Source: Azolla caroliniana
Lineage: Eukaryota > Plantae > Polypodiophyta
NCBI GenBank assembly: GCA_043228905.1
Contig: JBHGNT010000011.1
Span: 5,828,001-5,892,000, forward strand
Length of the DNA stretch: 64,000 bases
Direction of reading: 5' to 3'
In this document: one piece after another, positions 1-9,220 of the stretch
Layout: each line of letters begins with the position of its first letter
Numbering within the stretch: the stretch's first letter is position 1
Translations under genes and position numbers: made by a program
Notes under the pieces: model-generated
Database searches by the model: none
Seen by the model: only the letters and a program-made list of their open reading frames with translations
What the model was told of the DNA's origin: nothing

Positions 1-249
1 GCCCTGATCCACAATTTGTCCAATAGATACCAAGTTCTTTGCAATTGTCGGGACATGCACCACATTCCGCATCAGGCCTTTTTGTTTGACATGGCTACGT
101 GGTACATCACCCACATGTTTGATGGGGTGTATGCTGTTGTCATTAGTCTCGACAACTCCCAGTTGTTCTGGTTTTTCCAAGCTTGAGAACTATTTGACAT
201 GGTTCGTCATGTAATTTGATGCTCTGGATACCAAACCTCCTCTGGCTTC

Positions 250-866
250 TGTTGGGATTACGGTCCCTTCGCATGGGATGGTCGGATATCGGAGATGAAT
301 GCCGACGAGCCCGGTTTCGGTTTCGGATCCGGATGACGAAGACCCCGGTTTCGGTACCGGATGACGAATGTACCCGGAGAGCGATCCGGATGCAGGGACA
401 TATCCGTGAATATGTTCGCTATGGGCCCCTGAGGCTACAGTTGTAAATAGCCCAAAGTCATATAAGTATAAATATGACTTAGGGCAAACAGTTTTGCTGT
501 TGCTTCTCATTTTTCTGTTTTTCCACTCAAGAGGAGTGAAGTGTAAGCAGCCGTGAGAGAGAGAGAGAGAGAGATAGAGCGCGAGAGAGGAAGAGGTAGA
601 CGCCTCTGTGTATTTCCGCCGCCTGTGGCGAGGACAGCGAGCTCAAGGTCGTCGCCTTGCAGCTCGCCATTGTATACTTCTCTGTATAGTGTTGGGTTGG
701 AGTCTTGTACTCCCGTGGTTTTTCCCGTCTGGGTTTTCCACGTTAATCCCTGTGTACTCGCGTTCTTGTTTTTTTTTCGTGTGGTTCCTATTTTCTGCTG
801 CATTGATCCGCGATTACTCGGTTGTGGCCGAGTGAAGAAGGTGAATCGAAGCGTCTATTCCTTACA
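250..866 (+). repeat. 5' LTR of element A
   Basis: TGTTGGG...TTACA, near-identical to 4983-5603; TATAAATA at about 467-474; (AG)n tract. Confidence 0.97.
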
Positions 867-869
867 AAC

Positions 870-881
870 TGGTATCAGAGC
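870..881 (+). promoter_or_regulatory. Primer-binding site (tRNA-iMet) of element A
   Basis: TGGTATCAGAGC three bases after the LTR. Confidence 0.95.
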
Positions 882-895
882 GACTGTTGCAGAAA

Positions 896-3800
896 ATGGA
901 AGGCGGCGGCAGCGGGCAGCCGGGGATGATGGTGCTGAATGCACAGAATTACGCCGACTGGAAGATCAAGATGGAGGATCTTCTGATTGTTCGGGACCTG
1001 TACGAACCGATTGACAGGTCGGAAATACCGAAGGGGGTACTTGAGTCGGAGTGGAAGCTCCTGAACCGGAAAGCCGTAGCGACGATCCGACAATATGTCG
1101 ATGTAAGCGTCCTACAACATGTGGCGAACGACACCAACGCATATGAGATGTGGAAGAAGCTGTCGGGCCTCTACGAGAGGAAGAATGCGTTGAACCGGAC
1201 CTCCCTGATGAGGAAGATAGTGAATCTCAAGTACCGGGACGGCGAGAGTATGGTGGAACACGTAAGCACGTTCATGGGATTCGTGAATCAGCTTGCAGCG
1301 ATCAAGTTCCCGTTGGAGGATGCAATGCAAGCCATCATCCTGATGTGTACATTGCCGGAAAGCTGGGAGAACTTGGTGGTGACTCTTAGCACCTCCTGCA
1401 CCGAAGATAACTTGTCCCTACAAATTGTAAAGACAAGTATTTTGAACGAAGAAGCGCGTCGGAGAGATAAGGAACCGGCCTCCGACCCGAAGATGTTGTT
1501 TACCGAATCGGATCGGGGAAGACAATGGAACCGGAGTCCGCAAAGACGGGAGAAGTCGGGGACCCGGTCGCAGTCAAGAGGAAGGCCCACATGCTTCCAC
1601 TGTGGGAAGCCGGGGCACTTCCGAAAGAATTGTCAGCATTACCGAAAAGACAATGGAACCGACAACACCGATTCGAAGAAGTCACCGGAGAGAAACGGTG
1701 CATACCGGGGAGCCACGGACCGGAATGGTTCGGATCGGCGAGGACAGGACCGGAAAGGAATGACGGCACTCGCGGCAAGTGAAGAGGAGATCATGCTCAT
1801 TACCGAAGAAGGTGAACTAAACATTGCCGGCGATGAGACGACCTGGGTGGTCGATTCCGGAGCATCGTTCCACCTGACCCCGGAGAGAAGATACTTCTCA
1901 TCCTACACAGCCGGCGAGCATGGCTGTGTTCGGATGGGAAACGAAGGTACGTGCCGGATTGCCGGCATAGGAGACGTGTGGTAGACAACCCCGACCGGAT
2001 GCAAAATGCTGCTGAAGAATGTCCGACACGTTCCGGAGGTCCGACTGAACCTGATTTCGGCCGGGAGGCTAGATGATGAAGGCTACACGGGTAGCATTCG
2101 GAACGGTGTCATGAAGTTCAGCAAGGGGAGCTTGATAGTGGCTCGGGCCCGGAAGGTCAACACACTGTACCTGATGAATGCCCGGTTATGTCCGGAAGAG
2201 CTGAATGTGGCAGCCGACACTGCCGGTGAGCTGTGGCACAAAAGACTGTGCCACATGAGTGAGAAGGGGATGAAGAGGCTTGCAGAAGACAACCTTATTC
2301 CGGTGAAGCATGTGCACCTGGAGAAGTGCACCGACTGCCTGGCCAGTAAGCAGAACCGAACCTCCTTCCACTCAAGGCCACCGACGAGACGTAGCGCACC
2401 ATTGGAGTTGGTGCACACTGATGTGTGTCAGGTAGAAACGAAGTCACATGGCGGAGCCCAGTACTTCGTAACATTCATTGATGATCACAGCCGGAAGCTG
2501 TGGACGGCACCGTTGAAGACAAAGGACCAAGTGTTGTGCGTCTTCAAAGAACTCCACGCGAGAGTGGAAAGGGAATCCGGCAAGAAGCTGAAAGCGATAC
2601 GAGCGGACAACGGAGGGGAATACCGAGGGCAGTTCCAGGAGTACTGTCGCTCGAAGGGAATCCGACTCGAGTTTACTGTGCCGAAGACGCCGGAACTGAA
2701 CGGGCTGGCCGAGAGGATGAACCGGACCATAATGGAGAGGGTTCGGAGTATGCTGGCGCATGCGAAATTACCCAAGGGGTTTTGGGCTGAGGCAATGTCG
2801 ACGGCGACATATGTGATAAACCGATCACCCTCAGTACCTTTGGACGGAGACACGCCGCAGAGAGTGTGGACCGGTAGGGAAGTATCCTACCGGCATCTGA
2901 AGGTGTTCGGGTGTCTCGCATACGTGCACGTGGCGAAGGACCGGAGAGGAAAGCTAGATCCGAAGACCCGGCCATGCATATTCCTCGGTTACGGCGACGA
3001 CGAGTTCGGCTACCGAGTATGGGACCCGGTCGACAAGAAGATATTCAGGAGTCGAGATATCGTCTTTATGGAGGACAAGACACTCGCCGACTGGGAGTCG
3101 GAGAAGAAGATGAAGAGCTCCAAGTCGACCGGTGAGGATAAACTCTACGAGGAGCAGTCCCGACCGGCAAGGGACCGGTTAGCACTCGAGGACCCGGCCG
3201 AAGACGGTGAAGAAACAGAACCGGCCGAAGAAGATGAAAATGATACCGGAACCGGCCCCGATCCCGAAATGGATTCGGATGAAGAAGAAGAATCGGAAGA
3301 ACCGGTTACCGAAGCTCCCGAACGGAGATATCCTCTAAGAGAGAGGAGAGCCCCCCGGAGATTTCCGGAACCAGAGCACGTGCTGCTAACCGACGAAGGG
3401 GAGCCGGAGAGCTTTGAAGAAGCAAAGCATGACACCCAGAGCCGCAGGTGGTTGAGTGCCATGCAGGACGAGATGGATTCCCTGCATGAGAACCTCACAT
3501 ATGAACTTGTGGAGTTGCCGAAAGGAAAGCGGGCACTTCGAAACAAGTGGGTGTTCAAGCTGAAACCGGTAGATGCCGGAAACCCCCCGAGATATAAAGC
3601 CAGGATCGTGGTGAAGGGGTTTCAGCAGAAGAAGGGCGTCGACTTCGACGAGATATTTGCCCCGGTAGTGAAGATGACCTCCATCCGGACGGTGCTGAGC
3701 ATAGCGGCAAGCATGGACCTCGAGGTAGAACAGATGGACGTGAAGACGGCATTCCTTCACGGTGACCTCGAAGAAGAGATTTACATGCAGCAACCGGAAG

Positions 3801-4972
3801 GATTCGAGAAGAAAGGGAAGGAGCACCTGGTATGCCGGTTGAAGAAGAGCCTTTACGGACTGAAGCAGGCTCCCCGGCAATGGTACCGGAAGTTCGACTC
3901 CTTCATGACCGACGAAGGGTACCTCAAAACGCAGTCCGACCACTGCGCGTTTGTGAAGAAATTCGAAGGAGGAGACTTTCTAATACTCCTCCTGTACGTG
4001 GACGACATGTTGATCGTCGGACGGGACCAGGTCAAGATACGGATGCTGAAGAAGGCTCTTCACCGAACCTTCTCAATGAAGGACCTGGGTCCGGCGAGGC
4101 AAATACTAGGGATGCACATCATCCGGGACCGGAAGAAGAAGCAGTTGTGGCTGTCACAGGAGAAGTACGTGACGAAGGTGCTTCACCGGTTCAACATGTC
4201 GGAAGCAAGACCGGTCGGATCGACCCTCCCGGCAAACTGCAAGCTGTCCAGCAAGCAAAGTCCCAAGACAAAGGCTGAAAAGGAGGATATGATGAAAGTG
4301 TCGTATGCCTCAGCCATCGGGAGCTTGATGTACGCCATGGTGTGTACGAGACCGGACATAGGATATGCAGTCGGAGTGATGAGCCGGTACATGAGCAATC
4401 CCGGCAAAGAGCATTGGAACGCGGTCAAGTGGATACTCCGATACCTGAAGGGCACAGCGAATGTGTGCCTCCGATTCGGCTCCGGTAAACCCGAACTCGA
4501 CGGTTTCACCGATTCGGATATGTCGGCTGATGCAGATACCAGCCGGTCCACATCAGGGTATGTGATGACGTATGCAGGGGGAGCTGTTTCATGGCAGTCG
4601 AGGCTGCAGAAGACGGTTGCGTTGTCAACCACGGAGGCGGAGTACATGGCGGCTGTTGAAGCCGGCAAGGAAATAATATGGATGAAGGACTTCATTAGAG
4701 AGCTCGGTATCCAACAGGAGGAGTACCGACTCTACTGTGACAGTCAGAGTGCAATCCACCTTGCGAAGAACGCGGCCTATCACTCCCGGACGAAGCACAT
4801 CCAGCGAAGATATCACTGGATCCGGGAAAGGATAGAAGACAAGGAGTTCGTGCTGACAAAGATCCACACGGACGAGAACGGGTCGGATATGCTGACCAAG
4901 GTCCTCACACCCGACAAGCTGGAAGCATGCCGGAAGAGGGTCGGATTGGAGAGACATCCCATGCCGAAGTGA
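896..4972 (+). pseudogene. Copia Gag-Pol polyprotein with a single in-frame TAG (1982-1984)
   Basis: ORFs 887-1984 and 2006-4972 are in the same frame. Motifs: zinc knuckle CFHCGKPGHFRKNC, PR VDSGAS, IN HTD/DNGGEY/AERMNRT, RT DVKTAFL/YVDDML, RH TDSD/CDSQSAI. Confidence 0.95.
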
Positions 4973-4980
4973 AGGGGGAG
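4971..4980 (+). promoter_or_regulatory. Polypurine tract of element A
   Basis: GAAGGGGGAG two bases before the 3' LTR. Confidence 0.93.
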
Positions 4981-4982
4981 TT

Positions 4983-5603
4983 TGTTGGGATTACGGTCCC
5001 TTCGCATGGGATGGTCGGATATCGGAGATGAATGCCGACGAGCCCGGTTTCGGTTTCGGATCCGGATGACGAAGACCCCGGTTTCGGTACCGGATGACAA
5101 ATGTACCCGGAGAGCGATCCGGATGCAGGGACATATCCGTGAATATGTTCGCTATGGGCCCCTGAGGCTACAGTTGTAAATAGCCCAAAGTCATATAAGT
5201 ATAAATATGACTTAGGGCAAACAGTTTTGCTGTTGCTTCTCATTTTTCTGTTTTTCCACTCAAGAGGAGTGAAGTGTAAGCAGCCGTGAGAGAGAGAGAG
5301 AGAGAGAGAGATAGAGCGCGAGAGAGGAAGAGGTAGACGCCTCTGTGTATTTCCGCCGCCTGTGGCGAGGACAGCGAGCTCAAGGTCGTCGCCTTGCAGC
5401 TCGCCATTGTATACTTCTCTGTATAGTGTTGGGTTGGAGTCTTGTACTCCCGTGGTTTTTCCCGTCTGGGTTTTCCACGTTAATCCCTGTGTACTCGCGT
5501 TCTTGTTTTTTTTTCGTGTGGTTCCTATTTTCTGCTGCATTGATCCGCGATTACTCGGTTGTGGCCGAGTGAAGAAGGTGAATCGAAGCGTCTATTCCTT
5601 ACA
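4983..5603 (+). repeat. 3' LTR of element A
   Basis: Direct repeat of 250-866, followed by TSD GCTTC. Confidence 0.97.
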
Positions 5604-7101
5604 GCTTCATGGTACGTGCACCCATCTAGTTTGCGTTGTGTTTCATCATAAGTGTGGGGCCCGTTTCAGCTTCATCTCCTTTTTCAACGTACTGCGATCG
5701 ATGACACCTATCCGCATCTCCTCGACTTGATCCGGCTTTGTCCGAATAGGCATGCTTCTTCCAACACTCACTTTCTCTATGGCCCTTCCGGCCACAATAC
5801 CAGCAATCCGTCGCGACCTTTCCTTGCCGGCTTCCGGCACCGCCCTCACTCCCCCTACTCGTGGAGGGTCCGGAACTGCTTTCGACATTTTTATTATGCC
5901 TCTAGTTTTGCTCCTATTGACCACCTCCAATGCGTGTCAACCTGCCTCATCCACCAAGACCATGGGGTTGATCCGCCTTTGTGTACAACATCTTGTTGTC
6001 GGTGTGTGTGCTTGTTGACACACCTATGTGGTTTTCTTCAACGAGCACCATTGATTGTAGCTCAAAAAATGAAGACGTACTCTCCCTCGTGCAATTTAAC
6101 CGTCATTCTGAACGTTCTAAACTTAGACGCCAACACTCCAAGGTAGACCTGCACCATTTCGTCCTCCTCAACGATCACATTGATGGAGGTGAGGGATTCA
6201 TAGATCTCCTTGATTTTGGAGGTGTAATCAGCCACCGACAGATCTTTCTGTCGGACATTGCTCAATTCTAGTTTGAGTTGTAGCTTCCTAGCCGTCATGC
6301 TTGCGGCGAAAATCCTCTTCAGATTTCCCCAAGCATCCTTTGGTGTTTTGGCATCTGAGATGTAGCTAAGTAGATGATCTCTGATATTGTACGCTAAGCA
6401 GTACATAACTCTGCTTGCCACTTGCTCCCATGTCGGAAAGTCCATGTGTGTCACATCCGATGCTGCAACATTGGCTCCTTTGATAGAGCTCCAATATCCA
6501 CTTCCGAGGAGATACTTGTGAATGTTATACGACCGAGATCCATAGTTTCTTTTGTCGAGATTCTTTGTCAAAAGAGAGTTTCTCATGCCTTTGTCCATGT
6601 TCTTGTTGTTCTGGAAGAAGGAATGTCTCTATGTACTCTTTGCTTTTTGATTGGTTGCAAAGGATTCTCAACCCTCGCGCTATGATACCATGTAAACGAT
6701 TATGAGTGCGGAAGCTTATGCAAAACACAAAATACAATCGGTAATCTAGAAACACGACAGTTAGGTATATGTAGAGAACGGAGATGCACAGTGAGAGAGA
6801 GAGACACTGAGTAAAGCAGACAACAAAACAATTCTATTACAAACTACTCAGCACTCAAAAAATGATCACATACAATGTGCTCAGTGAGCACTATTTATAT
6901 AGGTCCTCAAAAGTACTGACCAATACTTAAATTCTCATAAGTGAGCTATTGACACTAACACCTAAAATATTCCTACGAGAAATATAGGTCCTAACGGCCT
7001 TCCGCCTGACGCTGATCCGGCCTATTCGATTGGTCTCCATCAGATCCGGCTCCCGGCTTCTTTGGCTGATCCGGACCTCAGTTGAGCTTTCTCGTTCAAC
7101 A

Positions 7102-8680
7102 CTCACTTCAATCTTCTTTGTGTTATCATGGTATATTGGATTCTGGATGAGGCGTATTGCGTTTTTGGAGTCACAATGTAGGGTCGGCCCCCAATGGTCA
7201 ATTTGGCTCTTGGCCGAAAAGTTGGCCGATAGACTTGCAATTTTGACATCCACGATATGGATCCCCCTCCGTTGGTGAAGACATAACCTGATGTAAATTT
7301 CCGATTGTTAGGGTTGCTGGCATAATCAGAATTTGTGAAGCCTTCGACTTCAGTCAGATTGTCCGATTCGAAAGTCAAATGCAAATCTACGGTGCCTTGA
7401 AGGTACCACAATATATTCTTCATCGTTTCCCAATGCTTTCGTCTGGGATTGTACATGTAGTGGCTCGTGACCTATGGCATAGGCAACGTCTGATTGGGTT
7501 GCCACCATCACATACATAAGACTTCCTATGGCCTATGCCCTACGTATTTTATTCATGAGCTTTCTCTCATCTTCTGTAGATGGAGAGTCTCTATCTAATA
7601 GTTGATACGATGTCGGAAGTGGTGTTAGTGCCAGCTTCACATTCTCCATATTGAAGCACCAACACCTTTTGGATGTAGTCGGATTGGGAGAGGTTGAGGA
7701 TCTTTTCGGTTCGATTTAGCTCTATCCTGATGCATAGTATATGTCGGGCTTTTTTGAGTTCCTTCATTTCGAATTTCTCACAAAGGCTTTGCTTCAACTT
7801 TTCGACCTCTTCTCTATCATTGTCGGCGATGAGCATGTTGTTGACGTGAAGGATTAGATAGATCCGGGAGTCGTTGGCTAGTTGTCAGTTGTACATGCAT
7901 GGGTCGGATTCCGACCGGCTATATCCAAGTTGCCAGATGTAGACATTTAATTTTTGATACCGCATTCTTGATTCTTGCTTTAGGCCGTAAAGGCTCTTCT
8001 TTACTCAACAAACAAGGTAACCTTGCTCCCCCATCTCTGTAAAGCTTGCCGGTTGAGACATATATATGTCTTCTTCGAGGTCTTCATGGAGGAGTGTCAT
8101 TTTTACGTCCAACTACTTGAGTTCTAGGACTTCTATCGCCATGACTTTGAGTAGGAGCTGAAGAGTTATCATCTTGACTACCAAAGAGAATATCTCCTCA
8201 TAGTCGAGACTGTATTCTTGTTTGAATCCCTTAGCAACAAGTCGAGCTTTGTACTTGGTTTTGCCCGAACCGGATACATATTTGTATCGGTAGACCCACT
8301 TGTAGAGTAGCAGCTTCCTTTTGAATGGTAGTTTGACCAGATCCCGTGTGTCTTTCTCTCTGATTGAGTCAATCTTGGATCTCATGGCTTGTAACCATGT
8401 GTCGGCGTTCGGTGCAGTGATTACTTCCTCATGTAGGAGCTTGGTTTGCCTGCATCTATGTAGTTGACGTAGTCTAGGCCTGGTTGATAGAACTATGTCA
8501 GCTTTTGGACTCGTCCAGATCTCCTTGGCGCTGATGTGGTTGGTTCAGATTCTTCAATCAACTTGTCGGGCCAATCGATGTGCTTTGAATCTTTGTTGTA
8601 AGGAGTCCGTTGAGATGATCCACTTTGGGAATTGTAGAAGTCGAGATGTTGTTTTCTTTGAAGAACAATACTCGTAATGG
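7102..8680 (-). mobile_element. Old copia RT/RNase H remnant related to element G; host of element H
   Basis: Fragmented ORFs with [32 protein letters not shown]-like and CDSKNAIRLIQNPIYH; 8400-8580 aligns by eye with 34807-34980. Confidence 0.85.
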
Positions 8681-9220
8681 TAGTCCACCCATGCACTCAA
8701 ACTTTAGAGCTTAGATGGGATTTGGACTAGCCAACTACAAAATTAGTAGGGACGGATACAAGTTACAACCATTGTGTAAGAGATGGAGAGACTAAATTAT
8801 ATTCTTTGTTTGGTCTCACTGTCACATTAAATTTGCAAGTCAATTGATAGTGGTGGAGATATTGCTTTTTTATCAATTGACTTGTCATTTAATATGACCT
8901 GGATCCCTAGATACAAGCTACTTCTAGATAGTACTTATCTTAAAGCCGATGGTACATATTTCAAAGCTAAGTACATCGTAACTTGCCCATAGAATATTCT
9001 TCTAGTGGACTCGACTATTCAATCCTATTACCATACTTCCCTCTTTCCTAAATACATTATGTCCTACTTGTCTACAGTTTCTTACATTGACATCTTATCA
9101 AACCCATATGGTCGGGTTACACCATTGCTACTCCTCATTTGGGGAGCTATCATAAAATTTGCACTATAAGAATACATGTGGGGATAAATTGACAAATTGG
9201 GGTTGATCATTGATTATATC

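Larger units (their letters stand above)
250..5603 (+). mobile_element. Full-length young Ty1/copia element A
   Basis: TG...CA LTRs 250-866 and 4983-5603, differing by one substitution and two AG units as read by eye. TSD GCTTC at 245-249 and 5604-5608. PBS and PPT present; gag-PR-IN-RT-RH order. Confidence 0.98.
1..7101 (-). mobile_element. Degenerate Ty1/copia element H (5' LTR, PBS, gag, start of protease), interrupted by element A and running off the window start
   Basis: LTR 6691-7101 (minus-strand start TGTTGAACGAGAAAGCTCAAC, end TTTACA). PBS TGGTATCATAGC at 6679-6690. Gag ORF 6062-6598 (NYGSRSYNIHKYLLGSGYW...DAWGNLKRIF). 1-244 reads as the copia protease region (ASNYMTNH...HVPTIAKNLVSIGQIVDQG) and joins 5609+ once A and one TSD copy are removed. 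Confidence 0.88.

Noticed and set aside
2083-4957. Many antisense and alternative-frame ORFs over A (likewise over B and F)
   Set aside because: Expected shadows of GC-rich coding sequence; no recognisable domains.
8690-9215. Possible old gypsy remnant hosting element C (also 14290-14700)
   Set aside because: Only faint motif traces; cannot be supported by eye.
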